64,000 nucleotides of DNA, from assembly GCA_963838945.1 (NCBI GenBank), contig CAWITC010000001.1:42074-106073 (forward strand), written 5' to 3'. The DNA comes from an uncultured Acidobacteriota bacterium (lineage in GTDB: Bacteria; Acidobacteriota; Terriglobia; Acidiferrales; UBA7541). Below, piece after piece: positions 27,254 to 36,555 of the stretch (the first letter of the stretch is position 1; every line of letters starts with the position of its first letter). The notes under the pieces are model-generated. The model saw only the letters and a program-made list of their open reading frames with translations, searched no databases and had not been told where the DNA came from. The translations under genes and the position numbers were made by a program.

Positions 27254-28873
27254 CTAGTAGGTCGCGCCTTCGGGCACCCAGATGATCTCGATCCGGCGGT
27301 TCGCCGCGCCAGCGCCTTCCTGGCCGCTGCCCGCACGAACTGTGATCCGGCTCTGATCGATGCCCTTGCCGACCAGATATTTTGACGCGTTGTCGGCGCG
27401 ATCCTTCCCGGCCGACTTCATGCGCGGTTCCTTCGGGTCCGCATAGCCGATGATGACCACCGTCCCCTTGGGCTCGTTCTGCAAACGCAGCGCCACGTCG
27501 TCCAGCACGCGCTTGCAGGCGTTGTCCGTGCGTGTGATGCCGGCTTTGTATGTAGTGCACTCGTTGATCTTGCTGGCCTGTGGAGGCGGTGGCGGCTGCT
27601 GCACAGTTACGTTCGACGTGCAATCCGCCGCTCCGTTATGCCCGTCATCCACGCGTCCGGTGATCGTGTAGGTCCCGGGACTTAGGCCGGTCGTGTCGAA
27701 TTGAACCGTGGATCCAGTTCCAACGATCTGCCCCGCGTTTGACCGCCATGTGTAGGTCAAAGCGAAGTTCTGCGGGCTGGACGCCGATGCCGTCACGGTG
27801 ACGCGCTCCCCTGCCATCACAGTGCTCCGATCCGTCGAGCAGCTCATGACCGGTGGCTGCGGCGGCGGCGGGGGTGGCGGCGCATTCACGCGGATGTCCA
27901 CCGAGCACGAAGCCGAACCGCCGTGCCCGTCATCCACGCGCACAGAAACCGAATAGGATCCTGCGCCCGCATCTCCCACGCTCCAGCGCGCATCCGGGCC
28001 CGTGCCATCTACTCGGCCGCCCGTTGTGCTCCATGCATAGGTCAGCGAGTCGCCATCAGGATCGCTGGCGGACACATGAACGGGAACTGTCTCACCAGAT
28101 CCTGCAACTACGGTGTTCTTGTCCGCAGAGCACGATGCCGTCGGCGGGCGGTTCACGGCTACCGGATGGGCTCCCCATCGAATGAGCAATCCGCTGGACA
28201 CGCGGAGATTGTTCTGCGGAAATGACCCGGTCGGATTGTCGAACCGGGTCATAACATATTCGGCTTGAATCACGCGCCAAGAGAAATGCCTGGTCAACTC
28301 GACGTCAAACCCGCCGCCTGCCGCCAGCGCAAACACGTTGGCGGAGGCAGCCGCGGGCGTCCAGTCCACATTTCCATAAGCGCCCCCAAACAGAACTTGC
28401 GCGAATGGCGTCACCCTCGTATTGTTCCGGAAAGATACTCGCGGGCCGAACATATAAGTGTAAGAGGTCGCATCCACGCTGGTGTTGTTAATGCTCCCGG
28501 TGTGATACCCGCCGAAGTCCCCCACCACCCCGAACCAGCGGTTCAGGTTGTACGCGAGGGATGCGCTCCCGCCATTTGCATGCACGGGGCCGGGCACCGA
28601 AACGCCAGGACGAAAATCAAAGAACGAATAGCCAAGAAATGCCTCCCAATGCGGGTAATCCGTGCCCGGTTTGACGTGAGGGTCCGCGCCCGATTTCGGC
28701 GCGCTCGTCGTCTTTCCAGCCTTCGGCGGCTTTGCCGCCGGCGCGGACGCGCCGTCGGATGAAGCGCCGTTCGCCGTCCCCGAGGCGGAGCCGTTTTGTT
28801 GTTGTGCGAAACTTGCGGGAACCAGAATAAATCCCAGCGCTGCAATCGCTAGCAAACTTGCACGACTTCTCAT
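27254..28873 (-). CDS. OmpA family protein (N-terminal beta-barrel, two Ig-like repeats, C-terminal OmpA domain)
   Basis: ATG at 28873 after GGAGGA. Signal MRSRASLLAIAALGFILVPASFAQ. C-terminus ...IGYADPKEP...NRRIEIIWV is the OmpA peptidoglycan-binding signature. Confidence 0.8.
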   Translation of the reverse strand: MRSRASLLAIAALGFILVPASFAQQQNGSASGTANGASSDGASAPAAKPPKAGKTTSAPKSGADPHVKPGTDYPHWEAFLGYSFFDFRPGVSVPGPVHANGGSASLAYNLNRWFGVVGDFGGYHTGSINNTSVDATSYTYMFGPRVSFRNNTRVTPFAQVLFGGAYGNVDWTPAAASANVFALAAGGGFDVELTRHFSWRVIQAEYVMTRFDNPTGSFPQNNLRVSSGLLIRWGAHPVAVNRPPTASCSADKNTVVAGSGETVPVHVSASDPDGDSLTYAWSTTGGRVDGTGPDARWSVGDAGAGSYSVSVRVDDGHGGSASCSVDIRVNAPPPPPPPQPPVMSCSTDRSTVMAGERVTVTASASSPQNFALTYTWRSNAGQIVGTGSTVQFDTTGLSPGTYTITGRVDDGHNGAADCTSNVTVQQPPPPPQASKINECTTYKAGITRTDNACKRVLDDVALRLQNEPKGTVVIIGYADPKEPRMKSAGKDRADNASKYLVGKGIDQSRITVRAGSGQEGAGAANRRIEIIWVPEGATY

Positions 28874-29249
28874 TTCATCCTCCTGAATTTTGGAGTACTC
28901 TCTCGCCCCGTCGAAACCCCCAGCTTCCTCAACACGGAAACTGTAGGAAATTGACCGAATGTTATGCAAATCCCTTAAAGGGCCCGCGGTGAATTACCCC
29001 GGTACTGGGCAACCGTCATAATGGGAGCAGAAGCCAATTCCCCCCCACGGCCGCCATTGTATTCCCCTACCCTGCCTGTGGGCAACCCCTATAGGCCTGG
29101 GGACCGCGGATGCAATCCCTAACAAATAGTTCTCGTTACATGAGGTTCACATACTTGGAACCTTCATTTTGCCGGCCTGGGCAGGCCTTCTACCTAGGCC
29201 CAACATCCCGGCGCACCAGGCGCGGTTCAGGGTCGTGTAGCCGTGTGAG

Positions 29250-29264
29250 TGGCTTTCCTGTCGC
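29250..29264 (+). promoter_or_regulatory. weak sigma-54-like element
   Basis: TGGCTT-tcctg-TCGC has correct GG-N10-GC spacing but an imperfect -12. It lies 43 nt upstream of the bEBP ATG. Confidence 0.25.
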
Positions 29265-29306
29265 GCTGCTGATAAATTGCCGTGTGAGATTCTTTGCGGC
29301 TCCCCT

Positions 29307-30698
29307 ATGGCAGACCAGACCGGCGCCAGCGAACGTATCCTCATCGTCGAAGATGAAGCCAATGCCCGCGCGGGCTATGAAGCTCTGCTGCGCAAATGGG
29401 GATACGGCGTCCTGGGCGTGGGCAGCGCCGAAGAGGCCCTCGAGCGCTTCGCTGAATACCAACCCTCGCTTGTAATCGCAGACGTCGAGCTGCCCGGTAT
29501 CGACGGGCTCGCATTTCTCGGCCGCCTCTCGGAAGAACTCTCGCGGGTTCCAGCCATCGTCATCACCGGCAAAGGCAGCGAAGACCGCGCCGTCGCCGCC
29601 ATCGAGGCCGGCGCCTTCTGGTATATCGAAAAGCCGCTTCGCGCCCCGGTCCTACGCGCATTGCTCGATCGCGCGCTCGGGCGGTCGCGCGACAAAAAAC
29701 AAGTCTCAGCGCTCACGCGGCAGTTGCGGGACACCGGCCGCCTGGGCAGCCTTGTCGGCGGCTCGAAGGCCATGCAGGAAGTCTTGCATCTTGTCGAGCA
29801 AGCCGCTCCCTCCTCGGCCTCCGTGCTAATCACCGGCGAAACGGGAGCGGGCAAGGAGATTGTCGCGCGCACGCTCCACCGGCTCTCGCCCCGCGCGGAG
29901 AAGCCGTTCGTCGCCATCAATTGTTCCGCGATCCCCGAATCTCTGATGGAAAGTGAAATCTTCGGTCACGAAAGAGGAGCATTCACGGGCGCTGCGGAAC
30001 GCCGCCTGGGCTGCTTTGAGCTGGCTGACGGGGGCACGTTGCTTCTCGACGAGATCGGCGAGATGCCCGCTCCCACGCAAACCAAACTCCTCCGCGTGCT
30101 GGAAGACGGCAAGGTCCGCCGCCTTGGCAGTAAGTCGGAAACGCCCGTTAACGTGCGCGTTCTGGCCGCCACAAATCGCGAGCCGGAGCAGGCCGTGAGC
30201 AAGGGCGGGCTCCGGCAGGATCTTTTTTTCCGGCTAAACGTTTTTCGCATTCATCTCCCCGCGCTTCGCGAGCACAAGGAAGACCTGCCCGCGCTCGTGG
30301 AACATTTGCTCGCGGACCTCGGTACGAAGCACGGCAAGAAAGTGCGCGGCGTGAGTCCGGAAGTGATGGACGCCTTCCAGAGTTACACCTGGCCGGGAAA
30401 TGTTCGGGAGCTTCGGAATGCCCTCGAGCGCGCGATGATCGTGTGCGACCGCGACATCATCACTCGCGCGCACTTGCCTCCCGATTTCGGCCACGCACTC
30501 GCCTCCGCGGGGACGGCCCTTTCTTCCCTTCGCTTCCCCGTGGGCACCACGGTTGAGGCCGCTGAGCGCGAGTTGATCCTCCAGACGCTCGCGGCCACGA
30601 ACAACAAGACGCGCGCCGCGGAGCTTCTAGGCATCAGTCTGAAAACATTGCACAATAAGCTGAAGGAGTACGAATCCGCCGGCACGCAGCGCGAGTAG
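29307..30698 (+). CDS. sigma-54 dependent response regulator (NtrC family)
   Basis: [17 protein letters not shown]..., [27 protein letters not shown]-terminal HTH ([17 protein letters not shown]). Confidence 0.9.
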   Translation: MADQTGASERILIVEDEANARAGYEALLRKWGYGVLGVGSAEEALERFAEYQPSLVIADVELPGIDGLAFLGRLSEELSRVPAIVITGKGSEDRAVAAIEAGAFWYIEKPLRAPVLRALLDRALGRSRDKKQVSALTRQLRDTGRLGSLVGGSKAMQEVLHLVEQAAPSSASVLITGETGAGKEIVARTLHRLSPRAEKPFVAINCSAIPESLMESEIFGHERGAFTGAAERRLGCFELADGGTLLLDEIGEMPAPTQTKLLRVLEDGKVRRLGSKSETPVNVRVLAATNREPEQAVSKGGLRQDLFFRLNVFRIHLPALREHKEDLPALVEHLLADLGTKHGKKVRGVSPEVMDAFQSYTWPGNVRELRNALERAMIVCDRDIITRAHLPPDFGHALASAGTALSSLRFPVGTTVEAAERELILQTLAATNNKTRAAELLGISLKTLHNKLKEYESAGTQRE

Positions 30699-30750
30699 CC
30701 GGGCGCTAGCCGGATCGCGCGGGCCCGCGGTTTCGCGCACAGGCAAGACG

Positions 30751-32703
30751 ATGCCCCTGCGGCTAAGAACAAAATTTACGCTGATTACGGCGCTGCTTGT
30801 CCTCGGCGTCGCGCTCCTTATTTCCGCCGTCTTCGTCGGCACACTGGCCCGCCGCGCGATTAACGACGCCGAGGCGGACGCCAACCGCGCCGCGCGTCAG
30901 GTACTCGGACAGGCGCAAAAAGCTCTCGAAGACGCCGGCCTCGCCGGACGTGCGCCCGTCTCATCGAGTCCAAAGGACGTCCGTGATTACGTCCAAACCG
31001 AACTCTTCCGCAGCCGCGGTGTTACTTCGGAACTGGAATCCGTCGTCGCCCAAGTTCCCGCCATCTATGAGGTCACGATCGCCGATGGCGGCGGAATGGG
31101 GCTCGTTTCAAGCGACTCAAATCTTGTGAATCGCCCGCTCACCCCGCGCACGCCTTTCTCCGGCCTCACGGGCCGAAGTTTTTTTAGCCAGCTCCGCGTC
31201 ATCTTGGGCCCCTCGTCGCTTTATCAGGTCCAGCTTCCCTTTGTCCTGCGTTCATCGGCGGGACAGGCGCCCTACGGCGAGGTCCGCGTCACAGTGGAAA
31301 CCAGCCTCCTTCGCGAGCAGATCAAACCCGGCCTGCAGTCGGCGGTGCTGTTTGGGCTGGCAGCCGTTTTGGTTTCGACGCTGGTTTCCGCATTCGTCAG
31401 CCGGCTGCTTCTCGCCCCGCTCGATGCAATCAACCGCCAGCTCGACACTCTTTCCGGGGGTAAATCGGACACGCGCGCCCGGCGCAAAGGCTCCGCCGCG
31501 AGCGGTGATGAACTCACACAAGTGCAATCAAAGATCAGCCGCCTCGGCGAGCAACTCCGCGGTGTGCGGGAAATCTTCAGCAGCCTGCGTGAGAATTTGA
31601 GTCACGTGATGTCCGGACTCGAAGACGGCCTGATTCTTTTTTCCAGCGAAGGACGCGCCGTGCTGGTCAGTCCGGCGGTCGAAAAATTTCTTGGCGCACC
31701 TTCGGACCAATTCCTGGGCCGCACAGCCGCGGAGATTTTTCCGCCGGAGCACCCCCTGCGCCGCGTGCTGCAGTTTTCCGGAGAGCGGCTCGAGCCCCTG
31801 GACGGCGCCGAAACCGACCTTCCCTCGGCGCCGGGAGCCGCATCCGCTCCCTTGCGCCTGGGCATCACAGTTCATCCCATTCCTGAATCGAGCGGTGACG
31901 CGGGCGAGGTCTGGGGCGCTCTCGTGACTCTTCGCGACCTCGAATCGCGCGAACTCATCGGCAGCGAGCTGGAAACCTCCGAACGCCTTTCCGCGCTCGC
32001 GCGCATCACCGCGGGCGTCGCGCACGAAGTAAAGAATCCGCTCAACTCGATGCGGCTCTGGCTCGAAACCCTGAAGGAATCGCTGCCCAAGGACCACGAG
32101 GCCTCGACGCAGGCCGTCCGCGTGCTCGATAGCGAGATTGACCGCCTCGACCGCGTCGTCAAGCGCTTCCTCGATTTCACGCGGCCCGTCGAGATGCGCA
32201 TTGAGGATGTCGAGCTGGCCCCGATGCTCTCGAAGGTCATTGAAGTCGCCCGTCCCGAAACCGAGCGCTCGAAGGTCACCGTCGAAATGCGTCTCGCGGA
32301 AGGCGTGCCTCCGCTGCGTGGGGACGGCGAACTTCTGCGGCAGGCGATGCTGAATCTTGTGCTCAATGCCGTCGAAGCCATGCCCGGCGGCGGACGCCTG
32401 CTCATCTCTCTCGACCGCCGCGGGGACGACGCCGTGATCATGGTCAGCGACACTGGCAAGGGGATCCCGCCCGAGCATCGCTCGAGAATTTTCCAGCTTT
32501 TCTACACCACGCGCAAAGGCGGTAGCGGCCTGGGACTCGCCACCACTTTCCGCATTGTGCAGCTTCACAACGGTTCGATAGACTTTGTGTCAGAGGTCAG
32601 CCGCGGGACTGCATTCCGCATCGAGCTGCCGCTTGCGCGCGGCCAGTCCGCCACGGCGGAACCGGTCCGCGCGGCTCGCTCTGCCGAGGCGCAGTCCAAA
32701 TAA
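30751..32703 (+). CDS. membrane sensor histidine kinase
   Basis: N-terminal TM, periplasmic region, second TM. H-box AHEVKNPLNSMRLWLETL, N-box LNLVLNAVEAM, G-boxes DTGKGI / GSGLGLATT. Confidence 0.85.
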   Translation: MPLRLRTKFTLITALLVLGVALLISAVFVGTLARRAINDAEADANRAARQVLGQAQKALEDAGLAGRAPVSSSPKDVRDYVQTELFRSRGVTSELESVVAQVPAIYEVTIADGGGMGLVSSDSNLVNRPLTPRTPFSGLTGRSFFSQLRVILGPSSLYQVQLPFVLRSSAGQAPYGEVRVTVETSLLREQIKPGLQSAVLFGLAAVLVSTLVSAFVSRLLLAPLDAINRQLDTLSGGKSDTRARRKGSAASGDELTQVQSKISRLGEQLRGVREIFSSLRENLSHVMSGLEDGLILFSSEGRAVLVSPAVEKFLGAPSDQFLGRTAAEIFPPEHPLRRVLQFSGERLEPLDGAETDLPSAPGAASAPLRLGITVHPIPESSGDAGEVWGALVTLRDLESRELIGSELETSERLSALARITAGVAHEVKNPLNSMRLWLETLKESLPKDHEASTQAVRVLDSEIDRLDRVVKRFLDFTRPVEMRIEDVELAPMLSKVIEVARPETERSKVTVEMRLAEGVPPLRGDGELLRQAMLNLVLNAVEAMPGGGRLLISLDRRGDDAVIMVSDTGKGIPPEHRSRIFQLFYTTRKGGSGLGLATTFRIVQLHNGSIDFVSEVSRGTAFRIELPLARGQSATAEPVRAARSAEAQSK

Positions 32704-33299
32704 TGCGTTCGCGAACCCACAATCCGGAGAATCGCGCGGTGCTTCGCGGCGTATTATTGCGCGGTGGAGGCCCGCGAGTTTTCTTTGGGATACCGCTGTT
32801 CGCAATGCTTTTTCTCGGCGGCTGCCCGAGCAAGCCAGTACATCACGACCTCGGCAAGAACGGCCTCATTAAGCCGCCCCTCTCGAACCCGCGCAATGTG
32901 GACACGACTCCGCCGGAGATAAGTCCTTCCGCGTGGCAGCTCCCGGTATTCCTACCGATCCGGCAGCCCAATCCGCCGCCAGTCCGCCGCGCACCGAACA
33001 CTCCCGAGCCGGAGCCTGTAAAGCCCGAGGCGCCTCAAATCTCGCCCCAGCTTTCGCCTGACGAACGCGCGCGCGCGCAGGCCAGCGCCGAAGAGAGCAT
33101 GCGTATCGCGCAGCAGAATCTCGAATCGGCAAACGGGAAGCGGCTCAACGCAACCCAGCAGGACATGGCCGATAAAATCCAGGGATTCCTCAGGCAAGCG
33201 CAGGACGCCATCGCGATTTCCGATTGGAGCCGCGCCAGCAGCCTCGCCGAAAAAGCAAAATTACTGTCCATCGAACTCGTCAAATCCCTTCACTCCTGA
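32703..33299 (+). CDS. hypothetical lipoprotein
   Basis: TAATG overlap with the kinase stop. Lipobox-like LFLGGC, a Pro-rich linker and a helical C-terminus. Confidence 0.55.
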   Translation: MRSRTHNPENRAVLRGVLLRGGGPRVFFGIPLFAMLFLGGCPSKPVHHDLGKNGLIKPPLSNPRNVDTTPPEISPSAWQLPVFLPIRQPNPPPVRRAPNTPEPEPVKPEAPQISPQLSPDERARAQASAEESMRIAQQNLESANGKRLNATQQDMADKIQGFLRQAQDAIAISDWSRASSLAEKAKLLSIELVKSLHS

Positions 33300-33371
33300 G
33301 ATCGCCGGAGGAGGCTTCCTGCCGCCGCGCCCGAAAGCTGCTAATATGAATTCGAGAGTTACTTAGAATTC

Positions 33372-34529
33372 ATGAAATCATTCGATGTTGTTATCGTTGG
33401 TGGCGGAATCATCGGCGGCTCTATTGCCTTCGAGCTGGCGCAGCAAAAAATCCGCGTCGCCCTCTTCGACCGCCAGAAGCCGGGCCAGGAAGCCTCCTGG
33501 GCCGCCGCGGGAATGCTCTCTCCGGCCCCCGATAGCGCGGACTCGATTCCACTCGTGCCGCTCGCGCGCGCGAGCCTTGATCTCTATCCGCAATTTATTG
33601 CTGCCGTCGAAGAAGCCTCCGGCCAGCAGGCCGGCTTCCGCCCAGGCGGCGCCATCGAGGCATTTTTCTCGCGCGACGCTGCCCGTGAACTCAGCACACT
33701 CGTCGCGCTCCATCACGGCTTGGGTCTCCCCACCGAAGTCCTTCGCGTCGAGGAGGCGCAAGAACTTGAGCCCGCGCTCGGCCGCGATCTCGAAGCAGCA
33801 GCTCTGCTCGAGGATGAAGCCTCCGTGGACAACCGAATGCTCACGCGCGCCGTGCTCGCCGCCGCCGAGGCTTGCGGCGCGGAGATTTTCGCGGACTCTC
33901 CCGTGGAGGACGTGCTCTTCGCCGCAAATAAATGCACCGGAATTATGGCGGCAAGTGAACGCGTCGACGCGGGCCACGTCGTCATCGCGGCTGGATGTTT
34001 TTCAAGCAAGCTCGAAAGCGTCGCGCGCTACGCTCCCACGCGACCCGTCCGCGGACAGATGGTCGCGCTCGAATCCGACCGCGTGGACCTCGCTCACGTG
34101 ATTCGCAGCGAGCGCGGCTACATCGTCCCGCGTGGAAAGGGGCTCTGCGTCGCGGGCAGCACACAGGAAAACGCGGGCTACGAAAAATGCGTCACCCCCG
34201 GGGGCATCGAAAAGATCCTCGGCGCGGTGAACGAAATGGTCCCCGCGCTTGCCGAGGCGGAAATCATCGAAACCTGGAGCGGCCTGCGGCCGGACACGCC
34301 CGACCATCTGCCATCGCTCGGCCCTACCGACATCGAAGGACTGCTGATCGCCACGGGCCACTTCCGCAACGGCATTCTGCTCTCGCCGGTCACGGCAAAG
34401 GTCATCGCGGAATGGATTACTGAAGGCCGCGCTTCCATCTCCTGCGACGCTTACTCGCCGATGCGCTTCGCGGATTCCGCGCGCATTGCGGCCAAACAAA
34501 AAGGGCGCGGAATCCCGCGCCATTCTTGA
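33372..34529 (+). CDS. thiO: glycine oxidase ThiO (FAD-dependent oxidoreductase)
   Basis: MKSFDVVIVGGGIIGGSIAFEL (GxGxxG), EASWAAAGMLSP, C-terminal GHFRNGILLSPVTAKVIAEWI. Confidence 0.75.
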   Translation: MKSFDVVIVGGGIIGGSIAFELAQQKIRVALFDRQKPGQEASWAAAGMLSPAPDSADSIPLVPLARASLDLYPQFIAAVEEASGQQAGFRPGGAIEAFFSRDAARELSTLVALHHGLGLPTEVLRVEEAQELEPALGRDLEAAALLEDEASVDNRMLTRAVLAAAEACGAEIFADSPVEDVLFAANKCTGIMAASERVDAGHVVIAAGCFSSKLESVARYAPTRPVRGQMVALESDRVDLAHVIRSERGYIVPRGKGLCVAGSTQENAGYEKCVTPGGIEKILGAVNEMVPALAEAEIIETWSGLRPDTPDHLPSLGPTDIEGLLIATGHFRNGILLSPVTAKVIAEWITEGRASISCDAYSPMRFADSARIAAKQKGRGIPRHS

Positions 34530-34572
34530 ATTTCTTTTTATATTACGTCCTTGCGAGAGAGTGTTTGCTCTT

Positions 34573-35646
34573 TTAGAAGGGCGACCGTGAACGTGTCGGC
34601 TCGCGATTCGGTGGGCCCGGCATTGTTGAGGCACGACCGGGGTCCGTAAAAGTGATGTAGCTCGCGTCGAGGTAGAGCGTCCGGTCAAGGACGACGTCGA
34701 GCGTTGTCCCGCGCGGCAATTCGAGCTCCGGGCCGCGCGTCAGTAGCACCGTCGCCAGTCCAACCGCCATTCCAATTCCCGCGCCGATTCCCGCTCCGCC
34801 CGCCGACCGGCTGGCGATCCCTCCGATGCCGGCGCCAATCGCCGTGCCCTTCAACACCGTGCCGACATCGGTCGTCTTGTCCGTGTCGCCGTGAATTTTT
34901 CCCTCGGAATCCGTTCGCTCATTTCCGCCCGTGCCCGCGTTGCTCGGCACAGCGGCAAAACTCACCGTGTAACCGTTCGGCAGAATCAATGTGTTCAGGC
35001 GGATCATTATCTCGCCCGTACCCTTCACTTTTCCGGGACGCTTCGCGGAAGTAATCTCGCCTTGTACATACGAGCCCGCCGGAACCAGAATTTTGTTGTT
35101 CAGCACGATGGGAAATAGCGTCTCGAGGTAAACCGGATCGCCCGGCTGCGCATTCCGCGTGGTAATCGAGTTGTGTAGCACCAGCGGCAATTTCGTTCCT
35201 GTGGGCACTGTCAGCATGGTTGGTTGCGCTGGAGTTGTGGGCTGTGCCGGAATTGTGGGTTGTGCTGGCACTGCGGGCTGCGCCGCGTCCACGGGTGGAG
35301 TTGGAGGAACTTGTGCTTGCGCCGGCGGAGTCTGCTGCGCCTGTCCCGGCTGCGGCGGTGTGGCCTGTGCTGGTGGCGCCTGCGTTGGCGGCGCTTGCTG
35401 CGCGGGGGGCTGAGCCGGTGGTTGCTGCTGAGTTGGCGGGGCTTGCGGAGCCGGCGGCGCTTGTATCGGCCCACTCGTTCCTTGCGCGCTCAATCCCACC
35501 GCACTCATAAACGCGACAAGCGCGATTCCAGCCAACCTCAATATGAATGGAGAATTATTTCGAGAAAGCGCACCACGGTAGGAACACATCCCAGACCTCA
35601 CCCACATGCTTAGATGCCCGCACCCGGGGCTTTGGCTGCTTGGCAT
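34573..35646 (-). CDS. TM/signal + Pro/Ala/Gln-rich region + VirB10/TrbI-like C-terminal domain protein (function tentative)
   Basis: ILRLAGIALVAFMSAVGLSAQG, then about 85 aa of PAQ repeats, then VPTGTKLPLVLHNSITT...GDPVYLE...ILVPAGSYVQGEI...IRLNTLILPNGYTV and a glycine zipper. The start is uncertain (candidates 35646, 35607, 35589, or TTG 35541). Confidence 0.6.
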   Translation of the reverse strand: MPSSQSPGCGHLSMWVRSGMCSYRGALSRNNSPFILRLAGIALVAFMSAVGLSAQGTSGPIQAPPAPQAPPTQQQPPAQPPAQQAPPTQAPPAQATPPQPGQAQQTPPAQAQVPPTPPVDAAQPAVPAQPTIPAQPTTPAQPTMLTVPTGTKLPLVLHNSITTRNAQPGDPVYLETLFPIVLNNKILVPAGSYVQGEITSAKRPGKVKGTGEIMIRLNTLILPNGYTVSFAAVPSNAGTGGNERTDSEGKIHGDTDKTTDVGTVLKGTAIGAGIGGIASRSAGGAGIGAGIGMAVGLATVLLTRGPELELPRGTTLDVVLDRTLYLDASYITFTDPGRASTMPGPPNREPTRSRSPF

Positions 35647-35822
35647 TCTATCGCGAAACGCCCTTTTACCGTTACACCGGCGTCAATCGTTGTTTTAACT
35701 TTGTAGCCCGGGGCCCGAGAACGCGGGGTATGCGTGCATTCAGGGTAGAATGGCTACATCAAAATGGACGCAACGACTGAATTCAACATTCGAATTGAAT
35801 GCAACATTCGAAAGGTCGCAAC

Positions 35823-36023
35823 ATGGCAAAACTCGCACTCGTTTACGGCATGAGACTCTTCCCTTCCGAAGAACTCGGGGAAGTCCGCGAAGCTACCGTG
35901 CAGCTCAAAAACGGGCGCACCTCCCGCGTCTCGATGCACCTTATCGAAGGCAGCAAGGAAGAGATCGAGGAAACGCTCCGCCAGTCCGTCGCCGCCTTTT
36001 TCGAGATGTATCCGGAAATTTGA
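35823..36023 (+). CDS. small hypothetical protein (66 aa)
   Basis: MAKLALVYGMRLFPSEELGEVREATVQLKNGRTSRVSMHLIEGSKEEIEETLRQSVAAFFEMYPEI has protein-like composition. The ORF-track start at 35799 is an alternative. Confidence 0.45.
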   Translation: MAKLALVYGMRLFPSEELGEVREATVQLKNGRTSRVSMHLIEGSKEEIEETLRQSVAAFFEMYPEI

Positions 36024-36185
36024 GTGACTGACTAAATTTCTTCTTTGTGGACATACCAGTCCTGGCAGGGAAATTCGCTGCCCTACTCGTCCACTAATCT
36101 GAGTGGGCGAGTGAATTTACCGATAAAAAAAGCGCAGGCTGAAGTCTGTGCTACTGGTATGCGAACGGCCGGGAGGCGGCGATCG

Positions 36186-36494
36186 CTACATTCCCTCTTC
36201 TTCCACGTCCTTGGGCAGGCCGGCCATCTGCTCGACGAAGACGACGCTTTGCCCTGTCAGCTCAAACCGCTTGCGGCACTTGCGACAGGCCACGAGTTCG
36301 TCCACGCGCACCATATACGAGCGCGCATTCGCAAAGCGCTTTTTGTCTTCCTCGCCCGCGCCTCGCGGCAGTTCTTTCTTTTTCGTCCGCACCATCCAGC
36401 GGATTGGGTACAAATCCTCGCGGTGGCAGCTCGGACACATCAGCTTGATGGATTTGGTCTCCGGCTTCTCGTCGTAAAAGTTTCGCTCGTCCAT
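36186..36494 (-). CDS. zinc-ribbon hypothetical protein (102 aa)
   Basis: CPSCH...CRKCRKRF four-Cys motif with balanced composition. A TAGAAT -10-like box lies upstream. Confidence 0.6.
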   Translation of the reverse strand: MDERNFYDEKPETKSIKLMCPSCHREDLYPIRWMVRTKKKELPRGAGEEDKKRFANARSYMVRVDELVACRKCRKRFELTGQSVVFVEQMAGLPKDVEEEGM

Positions 36495-36555
36495 TTGCCC
36501 TCGAATCGCCCTCGCATTCTACCGTATTCGTTTACTGTTTTCTTTTACCGTTCGT

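Noticed and set aside
29155-29175. TGGAAC-cttcatt-TTGC upstream of the second bEBP as a sigma-54 promoter
   Set aside because: The GG to GC spacing is 2 nt too long (N7 instead of N5). Sigma-54 promoters do not tolerate this.
33300-33371. TPP riboswitch upstream of thiO
   Set aside because: The leader is only about 70 nt, and I cannot find the conserved CUGAGA / ACCUGAUCUGGAUAAUGCCAGCG-type elements.
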